In this document: piece by piece, positions 1 to 12,648 of the stretch
Layout: every line of letters starts with the position of its first letter
How positions within the stretch are numbered: position 1 is the first letter of the stretch
From: Callorhinchus milii
Lineage: Eukaryota
NCBI RefSeq assembly: GCF_018977255.1
Contig: NW_024704743.1
Span: 18,230,001-18,294,000, forward strand
DNA: 64,000 nt
Direction: 5' to 3'
The notes under the pieces: generated by a model
The model's database searches: none
Seen by the model: only the letters and a program-made list of their open reading frames with translations
Told to the model about the DNA's origin: nothing
Made by a program: the position numbers and the translations under genes

Positions 1-99
1 ACTTTGCCAAATGACTTGGGCAAGAACTGTAATAATTTTGGCCTCTGACTCACAGCAATGTGGAGTTCAAAGTATAAATCAGCTTTCTGATCTATACAA

Positions 100-790
100 T
101 AAATTCTGATCTTGACAATAAATTCAAGCTCTCCCAACAATGCTCTGTGGCAGTGAGTAAAGCAAACCAGATGTTGGGATGTATCGAAAGATCAATAGCA
201 AGCCAAAATAGTGGGGTAATCCTGCCACTGTATAAATCATTGGTGAGATCATACTTAGAGTACTGGGTACAGTTCTGGTTGCCGCAGTACAAAAAGGATA
301 TGGGAGAAATTGAGAAGATACAGAGGAGGGCAATCAAAACGATTGAGGAAATGGAGGGACTGGACTACGAGGAGCGACTAAATAAATTGGGCATGTTCAC
401 GCTGGAAAAGAAAGATTGAGAGGCGATTTGATTTCTCTCTTTAAGATTCTAAAGGGGCGAGACAATATAGATCACTACAGGCTGTTTCAACTTGTCCAGA
501 ACAGTAAAACCAGAGGACGCGGCCTGAGATTGAAGGGGGGTAAATTCAGAACAAATCTACCCAAAGACTATTTCAATGAGTGAACAGTGAACCTGTGGAA
601 CAGGCTCCCTAAGGAGACGGTTGAAGCAGGAAGTGTTGATTCTTTCAAACACAGATTACATAGTTTTCTTTTAGGAAATAACATTATGGGATATGGTACA
701 GATCAATGCTGCAATGGGAAGATAGTAGGATGGCTATTCTGGAAGGAAAAGATCAAATGGGCCAAAGGGCATTAATTCTTCATCCACACC
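100..790 (+). mobile_element. CR1-clade LINE, degenerate 3' fragment
   Basis: ORF2 C-terminal motifs KANQMLGCI, LPLYKSLVRSYLEYWVQFW, IEKIQRRAIK, YEERLNKLGMF and NLWNRLP, with frameshifts. Confidence 0.9.
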
Positions 791-2109
791 AATCATGTAA
801 GGAAAAAACCCACCAGTTAGACCCCTAGGTGGAGTGCCTTCCTCATCAGTGGACTGTGATATAGTGTTAGGCTGGCAAATTGCTATTTCAGGGATTTGCA
901 TTATTCATATACAATCACAATGGGATTCCCAAACATGAAAATTACAAAATTCTTACACTGTGGAATAAGTGTGGGAGTTTTACAAGTGAAATTGATTCTT
1001 TCTTTCTCTCTCTAATCGCCATGGTTATAAGAATTGTTTTGGCCATTTTGTTGAATACAACAGATCTGGATCCACCAGGCATTGAATTCCTCAACTGGAA
1101 ACATGGAAACTTCCCTAGTAACCTTTTCCTCCTCTTTATTCCTCCCTGCCTCTCCCCCCACCCCTCTCCCACCCCCACACCCCAACCCAACAACCAGCCC
1201 CTGGAACCAATGAACGCTTTAAAAGGATAATATTGTAATAAGGATAACAAGTACATAACATTGGAGGAGTGAAAAAAGAATGATGATATTGTAAATAAAT
1301 CTGTCAAAGTGCATTGTCAGTCATGGAAAAAGAAAACAAAACCGGTTAAATGCAATATTGTGCTGTCACGTGTACTCTCTGATTGTAAATCAATTCAGGA
1401 TCAAATGCAGCTCTTCTACAAATGACTTCTATAAAGTGTCTAACTGTGCTTTGTTCAGCCAGGTGTGCATAAGTATTGCTATCAGATTAGGTGAGGGTCT
1501 CTCTTGCACCTTTCCTTTGAGGAGTTATTTCCTCATGCTCTCTGGCACGTTTTTTCCCCAACTTCAAACAGTATAGTTATGTCTCTATAACTTAATATTT
1601 GGACCTGTACAGAAGTTATTTCCTGTTACTGCCTGCAACCTGATTCTGAACAAACCTGTTGTGATGATCTCCCAATCATTAATCCCTTGCCGCGAACATC
1701 ATTGTGTTTTGACACTACAAAGCAAAACATGCATCACATTTCTAAAAATGGGCCAAAAACTAAATTGAAACACTGAAATTATCTGCATGGAAAGGTGGAG
1801 AAACAGTATCTGTGCCTCTCCTACTTTTTTAAAAAAAATTTTACCTTTCTCTCTAAAAAACACATTAATCCCATTTTCCACGTTTTTTTTCTTTAATGAA
1901 TGGAATAAAATCTGGCTAAAATATTTACTGCTATTTTAGAAAATAATTGAAGAATTTCACTCTGAGAGGTAACTGGAGTGACAAAAGGTGCCTTTTCTGA
2001 GATTGAGGCTGAGATGTGTTCGGAGACAAAAAGTGAGTGAGGTTTACTCTGCGTCAAACCAGGGTGTAAATACTTCTAGGAGTCAACAACAAATTACTTA
2101 TTACAATAC

Positions 2110-2390
2110 AATGAAGGGTGCAATTTCATAGCTTGCTTGACAGTGGTGGAGTCTGACCCTGAGCCAGGGGGAGACAGAGGGGGGAGGTGACCGTAAGTAC
2201 GATCAAGAAGAAAATTCTTTAGGCAGAATTTGAAAGTGGGGAGGGAGGGGGCAAGGCGGAGGAATCGAGGGAGGGAGTTCCAGAGCTTCGGGGTGTAGTG
2301 GCTGAAAGCATGGCCGTGGATGGTAGAGCAGACGGACGATCAGTAGGCAGCAGCTGGCTGAGCAGAGTCAGCGGGTGGTGGAGTGGGGGG
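2110..2390 (-). mobile_element. L2 LINE 3' fragment
   Basis: Same 3' terminal sequence as the other L2 copies (GRAFS...LWNSLP...FK-coding region and tail). Confidence 0.7.
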
Positions 2391-2614
2391 TAAACAAATC
2401 GGACTAGAACATACTCCATATTATGCTTCAGTTACATATATAGTAATTGTATACTTAAAGCTATGAAATGTTAAAAGTAACATTCAAAAGAAACACACAA
2501 GGTGAAACGCACTTCAAGCAATTTGAAGGCAGTGAATTTGTCTTGTGCTGAAGGTGGCAGATTTGAGTCCCTCACTTTCTAAAACCTAATGTAATTACCC
2601 CCAGGGAACCTCCA

Positions 2615-3030
2615 AAGAACATAAAGATTTATAAAGAACACACACTACAGCAAAAGACGCCTCGGCCCAACCAGTCCATGCTGGTGTTTATACTCCACAT
2701 GAGTCTCAACGCATTCTTTTCTCCTTCCCATACCCTTCTGGTTTCCCTTTCCCTCATGTGAAGGTCTCGCGTCTGAATGCATCTATACTATCTGATTCAA
2801 CCACTGCTTCAGGCAGCGAGCTACACAAGCTCCTCCTTAATTCTCTTTTTGATCCCCTAACCGCAAAATTGTATTTCTGTCCTCTGGTTACAAACTCCCC
2901 AACTAGTGGAAACCGCTTATTTAAGTTAACCTAATTGAACTCTTTTGAAATTTTAAACACCGCTATGGGATCCCCCTTAAATGACTCTTCTCTAGTGAAA
3001 AAAGGCTGAACTAATCTAGTCTATCAACAA
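2615..3030 (-). mobile_element. CR1-like LINE 3' fragment, old
   Basis: Degenerate CR1 3' end with aagaacat-type terminal repeats; LINE ORF2 C-terminal remnants. Confidence 0.5.
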
Positions 3031-5309
3031 GAACTGGCATTTATACAGGGCCCTTCATGCGAGGTAGTTTCTCGGAGTGCTTAACAGTGGCAGAGTCTAT
3101 CCTAATAAAAGTCGATGACAATAGTTGTATGACAACAGTTTTGTACAGAACCAAAATCAACTCCATCAAACAAATAAAAATTCTGAATTCTGTTATCTAG
3201 AGCACTTAGCAAAAGATAGTAAACGGTGACTGGGCATTAATAATAATGTGATGGGTCCTGTCACAGGATGCTCCCTCTTGAAACAAGATGATTTGATCAA
3301 GTAATTGTAAAAAATGTTCTTTGTGTTGAGAAACTATACTGAGGTCTGCTCCCAGCATCTCCAAGGAAACACATGAGATCACCGAGTAATTTTTTTACAC
3401 TGTATCATTCATCCCAAAGCACTACAGCTTCCTGAGCAAAGCTGAGCCATAAATCCTTTTTAATGAAACTCTTTGTTATTACAGTTACACATTCAAAGGG
3501 TAGAGATTTTATGCCTGTATTACACAGGAAATTTAACTCTTAACAGTACTGCCCTCATTTCCTCAAAACTGATAACAAACAATGGGTTTTAACTTATACA
3601 GCAAAGGCTTAGAATCATTTCACATAAAAAAATCCATTAAAAGGGTATGAGGCAATATTACTTAACTCTTGATTTAACTCTGTGGATCTTGTTTGAACAT
3701 TTTATAATGTGCTGTTTAAAAATATAATTTACAATAAATTACATTCTGCAAGATATACTGAACAAGTTTTAAAGTATTGATAGGTGCCATAATTATCTTA
3801 AATGAGATCTTATTGTGAGTGCTGTTGAAACTTTTTCTCCCTCTCACTTTTATGAAAAACTAAAATTCTCAAGTCTACAAACACAAAGTGCATTAATCTT
3901 AATGGGGGAGAAATTCTACCTAAATCTAGATTTACTGAATTTATGTAGAATTTATGTATAGCTGTCCTGTAGTGGTACTTTTACCCCGCTGAAGGCAGAT
4001 GCCCTTCAAATAGCTGATGAGGAAACTCTAAGGCTCAGAACGGCAGCTGCTGGAAAGCATTTACCTGGAGTTCGGGTTTGTGAACACAAACTCCTATATC
4101 CAGGGCTTGGTTTGCACCTTGTTTGACATGCATAGAGGCAAGCGGCTGCTGCTCAAGCTATACACCTCCAACTAATGGAACAATCACTCAATGGAAAGAT
4201 GTACGTGTCTGAGCTGCAGACAGGAAGCCATTGGCAATGATCTGAAGCATTTTATGCTGAGCTGCGCTGCCTACCAGGAAGCTAACTGGGAGTTCCTGTT
4301 ACCTGCTCTCCCCTAGTGAGAGCTCAAACCTGCACTTGTAGGATGCCAAATAACCGGCTACTGACTATTTTCCACGAGGGGTGTGTGTGTGTGTATGTAT
4401 GTTAATAGGGTCTACTTGTAGCTGAGCTGCCTCTGAGGTGGTGTGCTTCACAAATGGAATGTCAGAATCGAGTCAATCCTCTGTGTGTGTGGGGGGGTGG
4501 GTCTTGGTAGTCTGGTTCCTGAGCTATATGACTCCACAGTACTCCAGGGCACTGCTGATGCCAGAGCAGTCAGCTAGATTCCTGACCGCTCCCTCTTATT
4601 CTACCATCGCTGGCCTGCTTAATGCTTACCACCCGTACCAATATCTACAGGCAAGCTTTCAACCCCTTTGCCCTCTGCAACTCTCTTCCCAAATCCCTCC
4701 ACTTCATCCCTTCCCTTTTGGTTTTCAAACCCTATCTTAAAAACATCTCTGTGATGGTGCAAATCATCATTATTGCCTGCACTGGTATCCTATACTCTTC
4801 TCACTTTGCTGGAACAGTTCAAAGAAAAATTCACATGGAGCCTGAACATGCAGTTAGATCTTAATGTTGAATGTCAAGTGCTCCTGGATGCTTCCCCGTG
4901 TGAAGGGTGCTAATATTAATGCAAGATGGTCTTGAAATTGTTGTTATAAAACACCCCTATAGATACAGGTTTTCATCACCTCACAACAAGTTGGCAGCCT
5001 CTCTCTTCGGAGGGGTGGGTTGAGATTTTCGATGTTGCTCTATGTTTAACGCATATTGACAATCTGCACATGTAATGGGTTTTTCTACTCTTTGCACAAA
5101 TTGCACGGACAATCGTGCTCCGCCACTGTCAAGCATTCTGGGACGCTAAGTAAATAGAAGTTATTGTTGTTGTTCTAGTAACATGTTGCCACGGGCGGCA
5201 TTGGTGTTAAAAAAATGAAAAAATTACAATTATTCTCAATTCCATTGAATTGAACTGATTGCTCAGTGTTACCTCCCTTTAGCATAAAGAAACATGTACA
5301 TCCCCAGAT

Positions 5310-5850
5310 GTGATACTCAGGATGTATTGTGTTCTGGTCAGACCACACCTTGAGTATGTAATTCTGGTCAATACAACATAAGGGGACTGAGCAGGCCCTA
5401 GAGGCAATGCGAGGAAAGCAAGGAAGAGGATCCCAGTGTTAGAAGACTGAGCTATGAGCGGTGATTAGACAAGCTAGGGCTCTACAGTCTTGAGAAAACA
5501 ACTCAGACGAGGCCTCAAGGGAGTTGACACCATTTTAAATGGGATTGAAAAAGTAACTAGATCATTAGTTTAGAAGGCACCAAGATAGTAGAACAAGACA
5601 ACATAGGTTTAGAGTTGTAAAGGCCAATTTCAGGACAGATACCGAGATATTTTTCTTTACTCAGAGGGTAACCAATGACTGGAACAGGTTGCCAGGAAGG
5701 GTGATTGAGGGCAGGACACTGGACTCATTTAAAAAAATTAAACTAATTTTAAAAAAAATAGCTTGATGCTGTATTGGGAGATAATGGGGTTTTCTGGAAG
5801 GTTGAGAGTGAATGGGCTGAAGGATCAATCCTGTGATCACGTACATGCTT
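5310..5850 (+). mobile_element. CR1 LINE 3' fragment
   Basis: ctggtcagaccacaccttgagta (LVRPHLEY) and ttttactcagagggtaaccaatgactggaacaggttgcca (FTQRVTNDWNRLP); homologous to 53220-53740. Confidence 0.8.
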
Positions 5851-8800
5851 CAGATAATTTACGCTTCCTAACAAACAGCTTCATGTGCAGCTCAGGTACA
5901 TATTATGTTGAATTCACTTTGTAACAGTAGCTATCTCCTTTGAGTTCACAGTTTCCTGCACCTTGAGAAGGGAGAGGGGAAGATCAGCTACTCCAACATA
6001 AAATCTAGGAATCACACAAAATAGTCACTATATTTTACAGTAAATCCTGTGAAGCACTTTGAGACGGCCTCCTGACATGAAAGTCATTATATCAAAGGCA
6101 AAGATTATTTATTATTAGGGTCATTTTTGTAAATAGGGAATAGGAAAGGTTCCAGCATACACTGAGTCATGAAACTCAATACTTCCCTCATTTTGATCCA
6201 ATCCCCCTTTTGCTACTACACTCTAGTTCCTTTCCTTTAGACAGTTACTAATCTCCAGATGCAAGCCCTACACTTGATACCCATTAATAGTTTGTAAAGG
6301 AATCTCTTTTGTGGTCTCTTGGTATTGAGGTACACAATGCCATATGGTTCTGTTTTGTTAACAATAGGATGGATACGATCTTCTCAAGAATATCTATGGA
6401 GTCTGGTCAGACAAGCCCTACCCCTTCTGAACTGTGATGTGTCGGATTATTTTCCTACAGATACTCTTCCACTTTGCATCTAATTATTGTGACTCATTAT
6501 AAAATCCCGAATTTAATATACTTAAGGGTTAATAGTTATTTTGCCTTCAATACACAAGCAACATTGCTTAATTTCACGTATCCTGATTTTAAAAGCTGAA
6601 TATTAAATACCCATTGCCAAGCTTGTAAGATGTTTGAAGATTTTTTTTATCACATAAGTGAATAGTTAAAACTCACTGCAAATGAAAGCTTTGTAATTGA
6701 ATCCAGAAGGTCAAGGTCTGGCAAAACAAATCAAAATGTGTTTTAAGAAACAAATCATTATGTTAAAACACACAAATGTGTTTTTTTAATGGAACTGATG
6801 AAGAATTACAAAGGAATTATATTTAATTTTTCATACGTTAACCATGAAGATTTATTTAGTTTTCTCTTTTTATCACCCCGCCCAACACACCACATTCTTG
6901 GCCTATATACTATAGTGACCCTGCTTCTGGGCCTCTTAATAGCCTGAACTTGAGCCAAGTCACTGAGGGCTGTGCAAAAGCGTCTGTGAATAGGAGTTGT
7001 GCAAAACCATCAGCTGGTTTTGACTCCCTCTCTACATAGAGGCACTTGATATTGAAGCATCAAATAATGATTAAAAGTCACACATCTTTGGTTTTCATAA
7101 ATTGAAGTCAATGCTAGAACTGTGAATTATTTCTTTCATTCAGAGTAACTTTTCTAATGCTTACATTTACACTGCTTGTTTGGTGATGATTCACTGTCAA
7201 AATGCAATATAAATAGGGGTAGGTAGTTTCAGGAGCACCGCGATTCACACCTGTTTAAATAAAAAGTACTCGATTTCAGCACGTGTGAAGAATACTGACA
7301 TTGGGTGCTTGTTTTTTCAGGGACCCTGTGTAAAATCAAGGAATTTCATCCCGCGCTAAATTCAGTGTGAACCGCTCAAACATAGCGTTAATGCAATCTG
7401 AGTTTAGACTTGTTGATTTGTTATTGTCCTCTAAAATTAGCAGTGGGTAAAAGAAAGTGGAGAATGGGAAAGCAGATTTTTAACCTCTCACCAAGCAGCA
7501 CATCCCCTACAGCAGTATAATTCCACTATAGGGAGGATAATCATCAACATGGCGGTAGTTAACTTTTTCCACTACTACCCACACTTACAGGATTACCACT
7601 GACAGAGTGGCACCATGTGGAAAAACTGGACCACACTTCTCCCAAGAATTCACTGCAGGTTTTTACCCTAAACACAAACATCTGTTTTGAGTTTGGAAAC
7701 CTGAGCATTCGCCTTTGAAAGGATCAGTTTAAACAATTTTTTTTGATTCATCTGATTGCCAGTATCATATATTGCCAAGGCTGCTGAAACCACATGGTAA
7801 GAAAACTGGATTGTGTCAAACAAAAAACAGCCAATTTATCCCATTTTTTAAAGAAAATTAAACCTCCTATCGGTTACATAAGGCAACCATCTATTTCATT
7901 GTTGATTTTTGTTTAAACACTTAAAACATTATTTGGAGACGCTCTATGTTTCCAAATTGAAAACAGTAACTTTTTACTATATTTTGAGCCTCACAAATCA
8001 AAACCAGCAGTTATAGCGTTCCGTATATTCTTCCATAATCTACATCGATGTTCAAGATTTCTACCTCATGGAAACAGAATGTACAGCCAAGTTCTTAGAT
8101 ATCTTCCATATGGTCTACAGATTGTGTTCTGAAATACTGTAGTTAGTAACTGAGTACTGTTGCCGAAACAACAACAAAAATAGGATTCATTAGTTATTTA
8201 CTCTTCAGAAGCATTCACATCTGCTGTTAAAAATGCTTAGCTTGGATGTTTTGGGCTTCATTGTACATTAAAAGGTCAATATCACTGTGTCACAATAAAA
8301 GGAGGCAACTGGACACACATGCAATGTATGAATAAAGTCAGGGCTTGCCAAATAAGATATACTGTAGTTTGGACCCCTCTTCTCACTTAACTACTATTAA
8401 TCCTGCCATCTGAATTCCTAATAAGTAGGATGGGCCTAGATGGTCAAGAAGAAGAAGCTTGCAGTGTTCACAACGGAAAGTTGTGGGGTTTTAGCTGTTT
8501 AAACTCCCGGCACAAATTGAGGTCCCAAAGCTCTGGCTCTTGCTGACCTGTGCCTAAACTCTCCAGGATTAGGTAAGCAATGTGAATCCCAGGTGAAAGT
8601 GCACAGTCCATACCAGACAAAAGGAAATTCCCATACACAAGTAGAACTCAATCTGATTTGGATGCTCTTAAGCACGGTAATGGCTTTCTGGCTGTGTCAA
8701 GCAGCGGTCTGACTGAAATAAAAGTACCTGGGTAACGACTCCTGCATGAACTTTAAGGAGAAAGGGGATAAACAGCAAAAACTGGGGAGGAAAAAGATGG

Positions 8801-9212
8801 ATATCCCAAAGGCATCAAATAGTGACACTTAGATCTTTGTTGGTTAGTGTTATTCTGTAAGAAAGTGAATGAGGCACCTTCACAGTAGATATTTAATGTT
8901 CTCTATTTAATGCTCTAATAATATCAAAAGGAATGCATTAATGAGGTACATATAAAATCTTTATAACACAGATGTTAAGATTTTACGAAAATAAACTATA
9001 ATGTATTTGGCTAACTTCACAAGATATTGCAGGGAATAATTGGAAGGCTGGCAGTACCAGCAAAAATATTTATTTCATGGATTCACAACAATTAATCAAG
9101 TCTGAGGTTGTATGAGTTTTGGCAATAGATTACACTCTCACAACATTCTCTGCTTGTCAGCTCACTGAGCTACAATAACTCCAGTTTATATCCTGGAAAT
9201 GCCTCTGCTTCA

Positions 9213-9355
9213 TTAAACTGATGAATGTGAAGTCCAAGCAAAATTCCTAGCATTCTGTGCTTGGGATCCAATGGTAATTTCCAAAGAGCAGGGACTGTAA
9301 ACTTTTACAGTACTGTTCAGTTTCAAAACAGCAAAATCCATCAACTGCCCAAAGC
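9213..9355 (-). other. Candidate alternative terminal exon of CUBN (speculative)
   Basis: Pyrimidine-rich acceptor tttaagtttcttctgtgcag, phase-compatible with the 12440 donor; 46 open codons to TAA; AATAAA on the minus strand at 9069-9074. No CUB homology. Confidence 0.25.
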
Positions 9356-9419
9356 CTGCACAGAAGAAACTTAAAGTGAAAACCCTGGGGAAACTAATAA
9401 TAATTCTATAATGATCCTG

Positions 9420-9850
9420 GTATTTGGTACAGCATCTTTCACAATAGGGAGGTTGTCCCAAAGCGATTCACAGGATTTACTGTAAAGTGGACTGATAGTA
9501 TTTGTAGGTGAACCTGGCAAGCCAATTTTGCACACCAATTTCCCACAAACAGCCATGAAAAGAAATTAGGCTTGAAATGAATGACCAATTTTATTTAGGG
9601 GGGATTTTAGCCAGGATTCTGGAGAAACTTCCTTTTCTTTTAGAATAGTGCCATGGGATCTTCAAGGTCTGCGCGAACTGGCAGACGAGACCTCAGTTTA
9701 GCATCTTATCCGAAGGACGGCACCTCCAATAATACAACACTTAGCCAGCGCTGCATTGGAGTGTCAGCTTAGATCATGTTCTGACGTGGCACTTGACCCC
9801 AGAATCTTCTGATCCAGAGATGAGAGTGCTACCACTGAGCCAGGCTAAGA
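9420..9850 (-). mobile_element. Older Deu-domain-type tRNA-derived SINE
   Basis: Minus strand carries a tRNA-like head, the gatcccatggcactatt block and the gctgtttgtggga...aaattggct block. Similar copies at about 20660-20950, 23915-24310, 25500-25825, 28140-28390, 29860-30200, 31150-31380, 33130-33485, 56870-57292 and 59340-59580 (all minus) and 54240-54512 (plus). Confidence 0.8.
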
Positions 9851-10734
9851 AAAATGGGAGCTGGTAAATCTGAATAAACACACTGAGTTTATTTACTACC
9901 ATTAGCTAAACTACCATTAGGTAAAATAATATGTAGGTAACAATATACTATATTCATACCAGCAGCTGCTAATAACATGCTCAGTTGATATTGTTTCCCG
10001 TTGATATTCATTTAAGTTGGCTATACTGATGTACTGTGTGTAAAACAGAGTTGATTGAAGCAAATTCAGTCAGCCTGTTTCTGGTCATTTTCAACCAAAT
10101 GCAGCCAAATTTTTCATATAAGTTGGAAAATGGCAATAGCAGATTTAGCAAAAGATACTCCTGCTGGTAACTGAAAATTCATCGCAGAACTTTTGCTCCA
10201 GGGATACACACTTCTGGAGGAAAGTCTCTGCGCGTCACTGTAACAAACTTTTGGTTACTGGAAAGAGTCACAATTTACAATACGTTTTCACTATTCGGAA
10301 ATGGAGAAAGCAAATACTGCACTACATCTTGAATCTGATATAGAACAGTGTCGGCCACAATGGGGCCAATGCAAAGCTGCCAATTCCAGAAAGCCCTCCT
10401 CTGCCAATATATTCAGCAGTGTTCACTACTGTAGAATACCTGTTAACCACACACCTATTATCCTCAAGTCCATTTATCTGCATCCGGCTATGATGCAGAG
10501 GTGAATGAGGATATTGCGATTACTGGCAAGGTAAATTGTAACAAATTTGCATGGGGTTTGGCAAAAGGTAGGATATAGGATTGGAAGATGCACATACACA
10601 GTAAATGGAGTCCACAGTGTTATAAGCAAATTTACATATAGTAAACTGGTAAAACAGTAAAAGCTACAGTAAAGCACATTATAATAGGGTAGTTTTACAA
10701 TGCCCTGTGGTGTACATTGTAATACAATGCAAAA

Positions 10735-10995
10735 TTACATTTGTATAGGGCCTTTCACGTTGGGAGAACGTCCCAAGGCATTGTACAATCAGGGATTTGG
10801 ATCTGAGGTGGGGATCGGGATCAGGGAGGGTAGGAAGGAGGCCGAAGGCTCGGTCGAAGAGAAGGGTTTTGAGATGTGCCTTGAAGAAGGCAAGGGTGTG
10901 AGCGAGGCCAAGGGAATGTGGGATGGAGTTCCATAGGGTGGGGGCAGAAAGGCTGAGGGCCCAATCACCGATGGACAGGTTGATACGGGGTACTT
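10735..10995 (-). mobile_element. L2 LINE 3' fragment
   Basis: SIGDWALSLSAPTLWNSIPHSLGLAHTLAFFKAHLKTLLFDRAF plus the shared 3' tail. Confidence 0.85.
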
Positions 10996-11574
10996 GGTAA
11001 TCATTGATATTGCATACTTGGCTCCAAGACACACAATTAAATAACAGCAGATTAATCTATCTCAACCCATTAAGAAACAGTTAACAACTGGACCATTAGC
11101 AGACAGCTAGATCAATTCTAAATACTGTATCTTTTTACTCTGTGGTTCTTATCCCGAGACAAACTGGCACCTAACAAACATGAGATTTGCACAACACTGG
11201 TTTATGTGTTGAATAAGTGCTAAAAATAAGGTTCTCAATATGAGTTGAATAACTGGGGAATGTTGCTTTACCAATATTTTTGCAGTCCATTTAATTTTGC
11301 TCTTCACGTTCAGGCACAATATTAAATGGACTGTGAGAAATAACTAAATTGAAACTTACTTTAATGGGATAGCAACCTCAAACCTTAGTGGTTGATTAAA
11401 GATACAGGGCAAGAGTCAGGCCAGTTCCACAAAAAAAATCGCAGATGCTGATTTAAATGGAATTGCAGTATTCATGCCTTAATTCTGTTGATCACAGAAC
11501 AGATCGACTTCAAGATCCTCACACTTGTCTACAAACCCCTTCATGCCCTGGCACATCCCTACCTTTCTGAACTG

Positions 11575-12090
11575 CTTACTCCCCACAAATAATCCCTCCA
11601 AAAAAACAATAATAAATTGGGCATTTCAATCCACTGCTGTTTGTGGGACACTGCTGTGCGCAATTGGCTGCCGAGTTTCGTCCACAAATATATGGTCAAT
11701 TCACTTTACAGCCTATTCTGTGACGAGCTTTGAGGCATTCGAGAAGACGTGAAAAGCGCTATATCAAATGCAAGGATTATTATTTATTATTATTATTACT
11801 TCACCACCTGCCGCCTCTGACCTCCTGCTTGTCTCTCATTACCTCTGCTCCACCATCGGCTGCCATGCTTTCAGACACTGTACCTCTCAACTTTGGAACT
11901 CTCTCCCTCAATGTCCCTGCCTATCCCCTTCCTTCCCCAATTTCAGATCTTGCCTGAAGATCTTCCTCTCCGACCGTGCTTACAGTCATCTCCCTCCTCC
12001 CGGCTTGGCATTAGGCTCCACCACTGTTAAGTGCTCCAAGACACTACCCTGCATGAAGAGTGCTAAATAAATGCAAGTTGTTATTGTTAA
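11575..12090 (+). mobile_element. 5'-truncated young SINE (to about 11800) abutting an L2 3' fragment
   Basis: SINE body and tail ending in (tta)n, followed by L2 sequence encoding TIGCHAFRH...LWNSLPQ and an L2 tail ending (ttg)n. Confidence 0.8.
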
Positions 12091-12439
12091 ATCACGATCA
12101 AAATTCTCAAACACGTCCTCTACCTCGTGGATTGATTCCTTTTCCCTCACAGCAAGTTTCTCACTTAAAAATGCTGAATTATATGATTTACAATTGAAGA
12201 AGCTTTATATAAATACAAGTTGTTTACGTAGCCAAGAAAAAAAGAACAATTTACTCTATAGCTTTCCACTCCTGAAAATATCACAAATTACAGAATGCAG
12301 GTTTGACATTTGATGACTATAAAACATAGCCCATTTTTGTAGATAAGAAAAACGAGCAATGCATAGTGTAAGATTCAATTTAAATACACTTTACAATTAA
12401 GTGCCTGGGTTACTTTGATCTCATTCTTTAGGCTCTTAC

Positions 12440-12648
12440 CTAATGTCTCCACGTATAAAGCCTTCCAGCCTCTTCCACTCACAATGATATCAGTTGTAAA
12501 AACAATGAACATCGAATTGCTGCTACTCAGGAGAGGTGGTGGAATAGTGGAGCCGCAGAACTTGCCCAAAGATGGCGCGAAAATGTTTGAACCATCATGA
12601 ACCGACACATAATCACTGCACAACAATTCAAGGTCAAAATCGCTGAAC
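12440..12648 (-). CDS. CUBN: CUBN exon, CUB23 second half
   Basis: [69 protein letters not shown]; acceptor gtcttag, donor gtaaga; 209 nt. Confidence 0.94.

Noticed and set aside
880..1307. Overlapping ORFs on both strands as a further CUBN exon or neighbouring gene
   Set aside because: Low-complexity C-rich tract; a minus-strand acceptor-like site near 1076 gives no CUB-like peptide.
10320..10445. Second possible cryptic exon on the minus strand (acceptor ttaacag near 10440)
   Set aside because: Poor pyrimidine tract and no CUB-like translation seen.
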